Sequence record: PV764603.1
Strand: one strand, 5' to 3'
DNA length: 64,000 nt
Every line of letters begins with the position of its first letter. The stretch's first letter is position 1. The notes beneath the pieces were generated by a model. That model did no database searches, was not told the origin of the DNA, and saw nothing but the letters and a program-made list of their open reading frames with translations. Both the position numbers and the translations under genes were made by a program. Shown here piece by piece: positions 36,264-45,923 of this stretch.

Positions 36264-37391
36264 ATGCTCAAGTATGACAACGGGCTGGAATTGGACGTTA
36301 CCATTGGTGGCGTCCAGCTTCCTGACAATGAGTTCTCGTTTCACCACCTGTCCCTAGTCAGTGACACTCGGTATTTCTTGCCGATGATGTTCATGCAGTT
36401 CGCTGACCAAGGCGACATTCTTCGGAAGGCTGGCGTTACCCTGTTTGACGCCGTACCCATTGTCATTAGCTTGGGCACTGGCGATCAGAAAAGGAACTAC
36501 GAGTTCCGCCTCCACCGTCCTGAGCAAGTCACCAGCGGCAACCTGACCATCTACAAAATGAGCGGGTATCTAGATGCCCCCAAGTACCTAGCTGAGTCTC
36601 AGAACATTGGCTACACGGGTACTAGCTCTGAAATCATCAGTCAAATCGGTGAACGTAGCGGCCTCACGCCACAGGTTGAGGATACCACCGACAACCAACG
36701 ATGGTGGCAGGCCAACCGCCGCAATGCTGAGTTCGTTCGCTACATGGCCCAGCATGGATACAAGTCAGATGATTCCCTCATGTGTACGGGTGTGCGCTTC
36801 GACCGCTCCTTGCGATACATGGACCTGAACGCCATCGAGCCGCGAGATATGTGGCTGAGTTACACAAAGATGGACCAAAACGTCGTTACAATCGTTGACC
36901 ACCGATTTAACGATCCTATGGGTGGGAATAATTTGATTAGGGGATACAGGAGTCGCACGGTAGATCAGAAGGTCAACACTCCTGACACCAACTACAACGA
37001 CACCACCATCAATCCCCGTGCTTCTACCGTGAGCATGAACCTGGACCTACAATCGCAGATTCAGCGAGGCAAGGTCGAGTTCTCACCGCTGTACGCTCCG
37101 GGTCAGGTGCACGATAACTGGGCCAAGGCCCGCCACCAAAACCTGCGCGGTCGCTACCTCAACAACTCGATCTGCGTTGCGCTGACCACTAACCAATCTA
37201 ATCTGGACCTGTTTGATAGCGTCAAGATCGACAGTAGCTTGTCGATCCGAGACAACACTATCGGTGACGGCCAGAACAACAGCCGGGAAGGTCAGTACAT
37301 CGTGGCAGGCAAGGAAATCATGCTTGTCGGTCGCAACTACGGCGAGAAGATCAAACTGATGCGCGGCGGTATGAACGGAGAGAGTCAATGA
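36264..37391 (+). CDS. baseplate hub protein (gp27/gpD-like)
   Basis: 375 aa between the gp53-like and spike genes; GYTGTSSEIISQI, EGQYIVAG motifs. Confidence 0.7.
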   Translation: MLKYDNGLELDVTIGGVQLPDNEFSFHHLSLVSDTRYFLPMMFMQFADQGDILRKAGVTLFDAVPIVISLGTGDQKRNYEFRLHRPEQVTSGNLTIYKMSGYLDAPKYLAESQNIGYTGTSSEIISQIGERSGLTPQVEDTTDNQRWWQANRRNAEFVRYMAQHGYKSDDSLMCTGVRFDRSLRYMDLNAIEPRDMWLSYTKMDQNVVTIVDHRFNDPMGGNNLIRGYRSRTVDQKVNTPDTNYNDTTINPRASTVSMNLDLQSQIQRGKVEFSPLYAPGQVHDNWAKARHQNLRGRYLNNSICVALTTNQSNLDLFDSVKIDSSLSIRDNTIGDGQNNSREGQYIVAGKEIMLVGRNYGEKIKLMRGGMNGESQ

Positions 37392-38125
37392 GTATCGGTA
37401 TGGGCGTCCGTGAATCGGACAGCTACAAGGGCATTATTTTCTATGGCAAGGTAGTGGACAACAATGACCCCGAACAGCTACGGCGTGTACGTGTCCATAT
37501 CCCCGAGGTCTACGGTGATACCCCTCCCGAGGAATTGCCGTGGGCCTTCCCCAAATGTCCTCCTAGCGGCACTGGCCAAAGTAGCACCTTCGGTAGCTAC
37601 GGTGTGTTGGACGTAGACAGCGAAGTATGGGTGGAGTTCCAGCAAGGCGATCCCCACTTCCCTATGGTGATTGGCGTAGCCTTGCGCGCCGACCTTCGGA
37701 AGCAGACTGAGCTAGTCAACTATCCCCACCGCTACGGCCTTGACGATTCCAAGGGTAACTGGATCATCGTTGACAAGCTGACAGGCGACGTGGAGATTGG
37801 CCACTTCTCTGATACCCGTGTTCGCATCGAGCCTAACGGCAACCTGCACATCACTTCGGTAGCCAATCAAACGATCACGGTTGAACAGAATCAAGAGACC
37901 GAAATCAAGGGCAACGCTACAGTGCAGGTGAAAGGTAACGTCAACGTCACCGTGAACGGCAATGCGGAAATGAAGGTCGATGGGGCTATGAAGGCTAACA
38001 TCGGTCAGAACCTCCAAGCTACTGTGGGTGGTAGTGCCACTGCCCAGGTTACTGGTCCTGCAACTATCAATTCAGCAGTCAAGATTTCGCTCAACGCACC
38101 AACGGTAAGTATCAACGGAGCATAA
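37388..38125 (+). CDS. central spike protein (gp5 OB-fold / gpV-like)
   Basis: GKVVDNNDPEQLRRVRVHIP, VWVEFQQGDPHFP, C-terminal beta-helix repeats (VKGNVNVTVNGN). Confidence 0.9.
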   Translation: MSIGMGVRESDSYKGIIFYGKVVDNNDPEQLRRVRVHIPEVYGDTPPEELPWAFPKCPPSGTGQSSTFGSYGVLDVDSEVWVEFQQGDPHFPMVIGVALRADLRKQTELVNYPHRYGLDDSKGNWIIVDKLTGDVEIGHFSDTRVRIEPNGNLHITSVANQTITVEQNQETEIKGNATVQVKGNVNVTVNGNAEMKVDGAMKANIGQNLQATVGGSATAQVTGPATINSAVKISLNAPTVSINGA

Positions 38126-38126
38126 G

Positions 38127-39059
38127 ATGGGAACGATCACCATTTCAGTGACAGAGCCTTTGCCTACGTTCGACAGTCTGTATCAGGCAATGCTCCCGAA
38201 TCTGACGTTCCCGCCAACCGGGTTCCAGTGGCCTCCCGCCCTCCCCGGCATCCCTACCATGTTCCCTTCTATCAGCTGCCCTAACATGAGTGGCGTCATG
38301 GCAATGGGCCAGCTGATGACCGAACAGCTGCTTACGTCTGCGTTCATGATGATTAAGCCTATCTCGGAATTCCTAGGCTTGGCAATGTCTGCCATTCCCA
38401 AGATTCCCATCCTGAACATTGGCGTAGACCAGCTGCTAACTATGTCGGGTGACGATTTGATCGCGGCAGTAAAAGGCGCAATGCCTTCGCTACCTAATCT
38501 CTATTTCTCTCTCGACATACCGGACATCAACATCGTGCAGTGGCTGACGCAGCTGAAGTCTAGCTATCTAATGTCGCTAGCTGGATACTTGCAAAACATC
38601 ATCAAGCAGGTGACAGACAAGATCAAAATTCCGGGCATGCCCACGTTGCCTACCATCCCCACGATGGAGGACGTGAAGCAAATGCTGATAGATCAGATTC
38701 CTCCTCCGATCAATGACCTTCGCAACGTTGACCTCAACGCGCTGTTGGCCAACATCAGCATCCCAGGCATCCCCTTCGATTTCTCGTTGCCATCGCCTTT
38801 TATCCCCAACATTTCGATGCCTGAGATTGATTTCAACGAAATGATTTCGGGGCTGTACAATAGCATCGTCATGATGCCGATGAAGACAATGCAGGACTTC
38901 ATCATGGACAAACTAAGTAGTGTGATTTCCCTCCAGCTGCCTACGCTGGTTTTGGTCATTCCCACTATTGAAATCCCCATTCCGGAAATCCCCATCCCTG
39001 TTATCCCGCCACTGCCTAGCATCCCGGACCTGCCTCCGCTCACCATTCGAGGCCCTTGA
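38127..39059 (+). CDS. Pro/Ile/Met/Leu-rich hypothetical protein
   Basis: 310 aa with many xP repeats (IPTIEIPIPEIPIPVIPPLPSIPDLPP). Confidence 0.75.
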   Translation: MGTITISVTEPLPTFDSLYQAMLPNLTFPPTGFQWPPALPGIPTMFPSISCPNMSGVMAMGQLMTEQLLTSAFMMIKPISEFLGLAMSAIPKIPILNIGVDQLLTMSGDDLIAAVKGAMPSLPNLYFSLDIPDINIVQWLTQLKSSYLMSLAGYLQNIIKQVTDKIKIPGMPTLPTIPTMEDVKQMLIDQIPPPINDLRNVDLNALLANISIPGIPFDFSLPSPFIPNISMPEIDFNEMISGLYNSIVMMPMKTMQDFIMDKLSSVISLQLPTLVLVIPTIEIPIPEIPIPVIPPLPSIPDLPPLTIRGP

Positions 39060-39060
39060 A

Positions 39061-40002
39061 ATGCCTGTATCTAATCCACCTACCTTGTTGAGTGTCATTG
39101 CAGAGTTCGGAGGCCCTAACAATCTTGGGGCCTATTACCGCAAAGGTCCATACGTACCTGACGGTCCTCCGCAGAATGCCAACATCAGTGATACGCCGGG
39201 CGGTCTTCGTCTCAGTCAGTTTGCGGGTGCGGTCAAGTACAATCTCAGTGCGTCCCTGAATCGCACGACCGCCAACACCAGTGGTAGTGGCAACAGCCAG
39301 TCGGGACGTGTCCTAACTCCACAGCTGATTGTTTACCCCGTTAACGGCAGCGGCAACTACAGCTACTACTGGAACTACACCGCAGGCGTCCCTGTTAGCG
39401 GAAATACCAGTAGTACGTTCCAGCTGTACGCTGATCTCAACAATGGTCAGAACATTTCTGGCAACGGTAACTGCGTGGTTACCGATAACGTCACTGGTCA
39501 GAATGCGATCCCTAGCTTTACGTTCTACCTAAGCTGGACGTATGAACGCCCACCCACCTGTGTTGTCATGGAAGCATACCTGCACGATGGAAAGCAGGCA
39601 GGCATGTACAACTCCAACGATCCTCTGCTGTTGGTCGATCCATACGCAAGGACTTCGGAGACGCTGAACATCGTAGATGCGCAGACCTTCACCCGAGAGT
39701 GTGTGACCTTGGTTACTGCCAATGGCTCACGCCTAACGTGCTCCACCACTGCACCTATTCCAGTCAAAGCCGACTCGGAAACGCTGGTTCGTGCGGTGGA
39801 TGCTCTAGGCCACCACGTTGCTACTACCACACGCCCTAACGACGTGATCCCATCGGTCACTTGGGATAAGGTAGTGCGTGTGCTGCCTGCTGGTGAGCGT
39901 GCTGTCCGCAATATCTACATCTACGACAAGTGCTTCTGGGCTTCGGATGACAATCGTTCGTTCATCCTCCATCACAACACGACTGGTAAGCAGATCATAT
40001 GA
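39061..40002 (+). CDS. short fibre-like virion protein with C-terminal Hint domain
   Basis: N-terminal module shared with 40615; Hint from CVVME (39559) to ILHHN (39978) followed by TTGKQII. Confidence 0.75.
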   Translation: MPVSNPPTLLSVIAEFGGPNNLGAYYRKGPYVPDGPPQNANISDTPGGLRLSQFAGAVKYNLSASLNRTTANTSGSGNSQSGRVLTPQLIVYPVNGSGNYSYYWNYTAGVPVSGNTSSTFQLYADLNNGQNISGNGNCVVTDNVTGQNAIPSFTFYLSWTYERPPTCVVMEAYLHDGKQAGMYNSNDPLLLVDPYARTSETLNIVDAQTFTRECVTLVTANGSRLTCSTTAPIPVKADSETLVRAVDALGHHVATTTRPNDVIPSVTWDKVVRVLPAGERAVRNIYIYDKCFWASDDNRSFILHHNTTGKQII

Positions 40003-40604
40003 TCGTCAACAAAGAACCACGCACCGCTACTCCGATGAATTGGTTGCCTACGTACTACCTCAGTCGGATGTTTAACGCAGAAGAGTGCGCCACCATCATC
40101 AAGGAGTCAGAGGACTCCGGACTGTTTGTGCAAGGCCGCACCATTGGCGACAATAACGTGACTGTAACAGAGCAAGGCCGTCAGGTGGCCATTATCCGAC
40201 TGGCTGGAGGTACGCTGTACGAAATGATGCGCCAACGGATACTGGAACGGCTGCCTGACCTAAACTCCTGCTATCAGTTTGAACTGTTCGGCGCAGATGA
40301 AGTCTTCAAGGAAATCCATATCCTGAAGTACGTGGAAGGTAATTTCCACGGTGAACATTTGGACCTCGCCGGTTACGAGGAAATGTGCAACCGGAAGCTC
40401 AGCCTCATCGTCCAGTTGAATCCGGATTACGAGGGCGGTGAATTAGTCCTCTACAACTCTTACCCCGAGAAACCTCTGACCAATAGCAAGCAGGCTGGCG
40501 ACGCAGTGGTATTCCCCGCATGGATGCCGCACGAAGTAAGACCTGTTGACTACGGGACTAGGTACGTTCTTGTGGTTTGGTTGCGAGGCCCTAAATTTAG
40601 ATAG
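39999..40604 (+). CDS. 2OG-Fe(II) oxygenase (prolyl 4-hydroxylase/PKHD-like)
   Basis: LKYVEGNFHGEHLD (HxD), RKLSLIVQLN, YEGGEL, GDAVVFPAWMPHEVRPV..GTRYVLVVW. Confidence 0.93.
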   Translation: MIVNKEPRTATPMNWLPTYYLSRMFNAEECATIIKESEDSGLFVQGRTIGDNNVTVTEQGRQVAIIRLAGGTLYEMMRQRILERLPDLNSCYQFELFGADEVFKEIHILKYVEGNFHGEHLDLAGYEEMCNRKLSLIVQLNPDYEGGELVLYNSYPEKPLTNSKQAGDAVVFPAWMPHEVRPVDYGTRYVLVVWLRGPKFR

Positions 40605-40614
40605 GGAGGTACTC

Positions 40615-41202
40615 ATGGCCGTATCAAACCCACCAACACTGGTGAGCGTGCGTAACGAATTCGGTGGCAACGGAAATCTCCGTGCCTACACACGAGGCGG
40701 TGGCCTTGTTCCAGATGGGCCTGCGCAGAATGCGAACATCAGCAAAACTCCGGACGGTTTGCGGCTTAGTCAATTTGCAGGAGCAACTAAAATCACTGCA
40801 CAGTTGACCGACATTTATGCGCAGCAGTCCTACTACGGACAATCGGGTCAAGACAACACTGCTTCTGCCACCATCCAGTTTAGTACCGATGGCAACATCT
40901 ACTACACATGGGGTATGGGAGCTTTGCAGACGTACCGATGGTTGGCTGGCGGTAATGCAAGTGATTTTGACGTAGAAGGATTTAATCAGCAGATCGCAGG
41001 TAACGGTCAAACCTCGGGCACGATGAATCGTCAGAATTTGGGTGGTTCTCCCCGATGGTCATGTTCCGCTGCAACCCGATTTGGTTTTGTTGATTCTTCC
41101 ATGTCATTTGGCTGCCGAATCTACCAAGCGGGTACTGGTAACGTTATCGCTACAGCGAATTTCAGTATTTATGCCGCCGCCTCAGATGGTAGCATCGGAT
41201 AG
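40615..41202 (+). CDS. short fibre-like virion protein, paralogue of 39061 N-terminus
   Basis: 44 of the first 59 aa identical to the 39061 protein; Gly/Asn/Ser-rich beta body. Confidence 0.75.
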   Translation: MAVSNPPTLVSVRNEFGGNGNLRAYTRGGGLVPDGPAQNANISKTPDGLRLSQFAGATKITAQLTDIYAQQSYYGQSGQDNTASATIQFSTDGNIYYTWGMGALQTYRWLAGGNASDFDVEGFNQQIAGNGQTSGTMNRQNLGGSPRWSCSAATRFGFVDSSMSFGCRIYQAGTGNVIATANFSIYAAASDGSIG

Positions 41203-41257
41203 CAACTCCATCTTCTAGTAACAACCAAAACGTTTGACACAACAAGGGAGAAGAAAC

Positions 41258-41935
41258 ATGTTCCAAGAAAGGGACCAAACTACAGCCAAATGGAATCCCC
41301 TCTGCCACGAACAGGTCAACTTGATTAACTCTTCGCTGATCGCGCGCCTCAAGGCGAAGGCAGATGAGTATCCGGTTAACCCTTACGGTTGTGGATGGGA
41401 TAGTGGCGTTCCACTGGACCTGACTGCACCGACGGCCAGTGACGCGTCGCCAGAAGCTGTGTTGATTCACGATACCCGAACGCTCATCGCAGAATGCGTC
41501 CATCGCCTATCGGGCTTCTATCCATTCGATTTGTATTTCAAGGATGCGGCCTTTGTTGTTCCTGCACCGCAACCTGCTTCGGTACGCTTGGTGCGACTCG
41601 CTATGGGTGCGAAGCTTAATCCGCCCCACGCTGGTACGGCGGTTGCTCCCGGCGCCACGAATCGCATTGATCTGAATACGCATAGTCAGGCTCATCAGAA
41701 GATTCATATGATGATCCCGCTCTCTGCTTACGAAGGTAACGACGTGTTCTTCCCCTTCTTCGATCCGAACTTGCAGGAATGGAAAGACGTGTCGCCCACC
41801 ATCACTAACGCACGGGCTGACTGGACAGGCATCACGTTGTCATGGCCTGCGTGGCGGTTGTGTAGGTTCAGTCCCGTCGAGGACGGCGAAGCCTACCTCC
41901 TGCTAGTCACGTTGTACGGACCTCGCTTCCAGTAA
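41258..41935 (+). CDS. putative Asp/Asn beta-hydroxylase-like (DSBH) protein
   Basis: VRLVRLAMGAKLNPPH...KIHMMIPL resembles the R.L.pG..I.PH...R.H.PL pattern of that family; second iron ligand unclear. Confidence 0.45.
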   Translation: MFQERDQTTAKWNPLCHEQVNLINSSLIARLKAKADEYPVNPYGCGWDSGVPLDLTAPTASDASPEAVLIHDTRTLIAECVHRLSGFYPFDLYFKDAAFVVPAPQPASVRLVRLAMGAKLNPPHAGTAVAPGATNRIDLNTHSQAHQKIHMMIPLSAYEGNDVFFPFFDPNLQEWKDVSPTITNARADWTGITLSWPAWRLCRFSPVEDGEAYLLLVTLYGPRFQ

Positions 41936-41961
41936 GTGCCCACATCTAATTCGGAACCAAC

Positions 41962-42366
41962 ATGGCAACCACCAACAACATCCTGTTTAGTGACTTCAAC
42001 ACGCTAGTCGGGTTGAATAACAAGCAAGCCATCGTCATCAATGATGATGCAGTTGCCAATGTGGTGCTCAACATTGTTCTGATCCAGAAGCGCAGCCGTA
42101 AGTTTCGGATTGGGTATGGAGCATCAAGTCACTTCTTCCTGCAAAAGCAGGTGACTGCTGAGAACGCGGAGAAGTACAGGATGACCCTCTACCAAGACCT
42201 GACCAAATGGGCCGGGTCTGTAGCCAAGTTTGATATGGCGGGCATCCAAGTGAAGCCTCTCCAGAATTACGACGGTTACGGAGTGGTCATCCTGTACAAG
42301 TCCAACCTTTCGGGTTACTACAATCAGGTTTCAGTCCAGCTGCCGTCCACCTCGGTGGCACGCTAA
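41962..42366 (+). CDS. baseplate wedge protein (gp25-like)
   Basis: AIVINDDAVANVVLNIVLIQKRSRKFRIGYGA; precedes the gp6-like gene. Confidence 0.75.
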   Translation: MATTNNILFSDFNTLVGLNNKQAIVINDDAVANVVLNIVLIQKRSRKFRIGYGASSHFFLQKQVTAENAEKYRMTLYQDLTKWAGSVAKFDMAGIQVKPLQNYDGYGVVILYKSNLSGYYNQVSVQLPSTSVAR

Positions 42367-42549
42367 TACCGAAAATAGGGCCAAAATAGGCCCACAGCAC
42401 CCTACCCACAGGGCGCCAAATTTAGAGGCTCCAGCTTCCATCTACGACCCCAATCCTTGCGTCAAAACGCATAGTTGGGGCGTAGATTTTGGCTACATTT
42501 TCCACTCCCCAACCCTCATTTTCCTATGGCCACTGACCGGAATTCAACC

Positions 42550-44307
42550 ATGACAACTGTAACCGCGTTGTCCAATATCCGCCCTGACTTCGATGACATT
42601 GCAGCACAGCTGGGATCGAGTCTGACGCGCAAGGCGAACTGGGCTCCGCTGCTTCCTACTCAGACTGCAAGCCTCTTGATTGAAGGCGTGGCCGCCGCCA
42701 CTGCGTTCCTGCAAACCGGTGTGCAGAACAGCTTTGAAGAAACGTTCCCTCAGACCGCCCGTATGCCTTCGAGCCTGCGGGCGTCTGCGCGTCGGCTCGG
42801 TGTCCGTCTGACGCGCAAGTCCCCTGCACAGACTCGGGTACGGCTCACGCGAGCCACCGCAGCCACGTCCGTCCTGATCCCTGAGTTCTCGGCCTTCCAA
42901 GCGCCGGGTGTGTCTCTGTTCAACCGCTCTGCCATACTGTTCCCCGTCGGTACCCTCTCCGCTGAATTCGACTTGTACGAAGGCTTTATCACTCAGGTTT
43001 CGTACACGGGTCAAGGTGCTGACAGTCAGATGATCGTTGTATCTGTCCCCGGCTTCACCATCAGCAACATGGACGTGCGGGTCACTGTCAGTGGCCGTCC
43101 GCTGCAAGTGGTGACTGATGGCATCTGGCACTACCCCATCACGAACAGTGGCGATCCTAACTACGTGGTATCGGACAACACGCTGCCTACGGGCGAGCTT
43201 CTGCTTGAGTTCGGTAACACTCAGTTCGGCATGATCCCTCAGCGTGGTGCGCAGATTCTTGTGTCCTATGCTGTGACCAATGGTACCTCCGGCAACAACG
43301 TACAGTTTGAGAATCAGCGCATCACGTACTCGGCCAACGGTGTTGAGTTCACTGGCAGCGCGCTTACTCCACTCACCGGAGGTACTGACGAACTTGACGC
43401 AGAGCAGTACCGCGATAGTCCGTTGATCTACGCGTCCTACGAGCGCGCGGTTGCTATTCCAGACATGCCTGCTATTGCTACGAAGTATCCCGGCGTTGTC
43501 GATGCCATCTTCCTTGGTCAGAAGGACATTGCTCCGAATCTCAAGGAATTCATGAACGTTGTCTACACCTACGTTCTGATGGATACGGGTTCTCAGATTT
43601 CTGCTACGCAGTACACGGACTTCCTCAAGTGGTGGCAGCCTCGCTCGATGCCCCTTGAGTACGTCCGCCAAACCGCCAAGCAAATTGCAGTAGACGTTGC
43701 GGGCACCATCTACATCACTGGTCAGGGCGATCCGGATTCCATCTTGGCCAAGGCGCGCGCAGCAGTTGCCAAACTGTTCACTGCACGCCAAGGTTACTTG
43801 GGTCGCGATCTGTACGTGGACGACCTTATTGACTCCATCCGTACTTCGGACCCTTACGTTGACCACGTTACCCTGACTTCACCCACCGCTGACGTTATCT
43901 GTAAGATCAACGCACCGCAGGCCCCTACTGTTACTCCGGCTACTGGCGGTACGCTCCCCAACGGTACGTACATCTATTCGGTGTCTGCTGTCTCCAATCT
44001 CAGCCCTGTGCAAGAAACGTTCGCTTCGGTGAATGGTGCGGTGACGCTGACGGGAACGAACAACGCCGCACGTATCAAGTGGAATGCAGTGGCAGGTGCT
44101 GTGCAATACAAGGTGTACGGGCGCACTGCTTCCCAAGAAATGTTCCTGCTTGCCACGGTCAGCGCATCTTCTGCGCTTGAATTCTTGGACACGGGTTCTG
44201 TTACTACTGGCGCTGCTGTCAACAAGATCAACACTGCGGGTATCTCTTACGTTACCCTCAACAATACGAACTTGCAGGTGGCGTTCACTGATCGAGTAGG
44301 TGTCTGA
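42550..44307 (+). CDS. baseplate wedge protein (gp6 / baseplate J-like) with FN3-like insertion
   Basis: PDFDDIAAQL, FEETFPQTARMPSSL, LTGGTDE, YERAVAIPD motifs. Confidence 0.88.
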   Translation: MTTVTALSNIRPDFDDIAAQLGSSLTRKANWAPLLPTQTASLLIEGVAAATAFLQTGVQNSFEETFPQTARMPSSLRASARRLGVRLTRKSPAQTRVRLTRATAATSVLIPEFSAFQAPGVSLFNRSAILFPVGTLSAEFDLYEGFITQVSYTGQGADSQMIVVSVPGFTISNMDVRVTVSGRPLQVVTDGIWHYPITNSGDPNYVVSDNTLPTGELLLEFGNTQFGMIPQRGAQILVSYAVTNGTSGNNVQFENQRITYSANGVEFTGSALTPLTGGTDELDAEQYRDSPLIYASYERAVAIPDMPAIATKYPGVVDAIFLGQKDIAPNLKEFMNVVYTYVLMDTGSQISATQYTDFLKWWQPRSMPLEYVRQTAKQIAVDVAGTIYITGQGDPDSILAKARAAVAKLFTARQGYLGRDLYVDDLIDSIRTSDPYVDHVTLTSPTADVICKINAPQAPTVTPATGGTLPNGTYIYSVSAVSNLSPVQETFASVNGAVTLTGTNNAARIKWNAVAGAVQYKVYGRTASQEMFLLATVSASSALEFLDTGSVTTGAAVNKINTAGISYVTLNNTNLQVAFTDRVGV

Positions 44308-45923
44308 TGACTATCTATAACGGCGATGATCCGAATACCTTGTTGCCTAATGCTTCATCCATCAACCCACTAATCACCTACGGCTTCCATCAAGTCTATG
44401 GCAAGATGGACGGGAATGGCGTTGTTGTGGATACGATGGGCATCATGCTGCCAGAAGGTTTCCGTGATCTTGACGTGTGGCGAGACTTCGCTGATAGCGT
44501 CGATGAGGTGATGAACAGCGAGATTGCAACGCAGATCGAAAGCCTGATGAGCACGAACGACCCGTATGCGTCTTCGGTGAATCCTGCTATTGACCGCCGT
44601 ACCCTCCTGTACCTCATTGGTGCAATCGGATTCAAGTACAAGCAAAACGACGTGTTTGACATTGATGATTTGAAGCGGTTCGTTCGTCATACTCCGCAAT
44701 TTTGGGGTGAGAAGGGCAACCGCTTCTTCATTCAGTACATGAGCTATGTCGTTAACGCCCAGCTTCAAATGCAATACCTGTGGACGCAGGACTACAAGGT
44801 GTTCGTCCCCGAGGGTAGTCCGCTGATTGGTCGCCCTGTATGGGAGTCCGCAGTAAATGCCACTGCCAACGTGGTCCCATTCGGTACAGGCGATGGTGCT
44901 CAGACTGTGTTCCCCCTGATGGTGATGAACTCCACCATCGACAGCGTTTCGGGAACCCCTACGATCTACCGCGTTGACTGGGCAGGGCAAACGCGCCTAT
45001 ACAACACGCCACGCACCAACCGCATTAGGCGTAGTGTTGAAATCGGTAGTTCTGCTTGGTACAACGATAATCCCACCAACCTGATTGTGCAGACCACTTC
45101 GGCGTCGGCACCTGACGGTAGCGCGACTGCCAGCGTGCTCAAACCTATGACTACCGGCGCTAACGCAGGCTCGCTTCTTGATGGTAGCGCAGTGACGCCC
45201 GGCCCTGTGACCTGTAGCGTTTATCAATCCTCCGAGGGATTGACCGCAGGACAGAAGGTTCGGTACGCTCTGTGGAGTGTGGACTCAAGCAACGTTATCA
45301 GTCTAGTGGGCCAAACGGATTTGGAATGGACGGGCACTCAGATGCGCGTGGCCGCATACAGTGGTCTTGCCTCCAGTGTCCTGCAATCCTTGGGTGATGG
45401 TTGGTATCGCATTGAGTACACGGGTACGACTGGCGTTGGTGCTCGACTCTCTATCCAGCCCGGCCTAACCCACACCAATCCTGTTACGGTGTGGGGCGCT
45501 CAGTTGGAGCAGGGTAGCTCTGCGACTCGCCTCATCAAGACCTACGGCGTTGAAGTAACCACCACGGATTTCGCCTTTACCAACAATAATCGGAGTATCA
45601 CCCTGTCTTCGCCGCTCCCCGTTGGCGCGAGCCTCAGCTGGAGCGGAACGTACAATCAGGCAGGCACTTGGTATCCAACAAGTCACGTATACATCGTCTA
45701 CGACGTTGATAAGTTCCGAGGCTCAGTCTCGAATAATTTCAATAGTCAAGACAGCTTGGCTGCATTTTTCTACACCATCGCTCCAATTGAACTGGTAATC
45801 CAGTCCTTCGTGCTCAACGTCAACTTTGATCCTACGGTTCTACAGTTGGCAGGTGACGTGCAGATTAGCGTATATACGCCGATGGAAGTGGAAGCTATTA
45901 CTCCGATGAACACTAGGGCTTGA
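44307..45923 (+). CDS. baseplate wedge / tail protein (gp7-like) with carbohydrate-binding-like insertion
   Basis: FWGEKGN..FIQYMSY; inserted RTNRIRRS...GDGWYRI...VWGAQLEQGS jelly-roll-type module. Confidence 0.7.
   Translation: MTIYNGDDPNTLLPNASSINPLITYGFHQVYGKMDGNGVVVDTMGIMLPEGFRDLDVWRDFADSVDEVMNSEIATQIESLMSTNDPYASSVNPAIDRRTLLYLIGAIGFKYKQNDVFDIDDLKRFVRHTPQFWGEKGNRFFIQYMSYVVNAQLQMQYLWTQDYKVFVPEGSPLIGRPVWESAVNATANVVPFGTGDGAQTVFPLMVMNSTIDSVSGTPTIYRVDWAGQTRLYNTPRTNRIRRSVEIGSSAWYNDNPTNLIVQTTSASAPDGSATASVLKPMTTGANAGSLLDGSAVTPGPVTCSVYQSSEGLTAGQKVRYALWSVDSSNVISLVGQTDLEWTGTQMRVAAYSGLASSVLQSLGDGWYRIEYTGTTGVGARLSIQPGLTHTNPVTVWGAQLEQGSSATRLIKTYGVEVTTTDFAFTNNNRSITLSSPLPVGASLSWSGTYNQAGTWYPTSHVYIVYDVDKFRGSVSNNFNSQDSLAAFFYTIAPIELVIQSFVLNVNFDPTVLQLAGDVQISVYTPMEVEAITPMNTRA

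Noticed and set aside
39061-40800. Shared N-termini of two fibre-like genes as a DGR template/variable repeat pair
   Set aside because: Differences are spread over synonymous positions rather than adenine-specific, and there is no reverse transcriptase in the window
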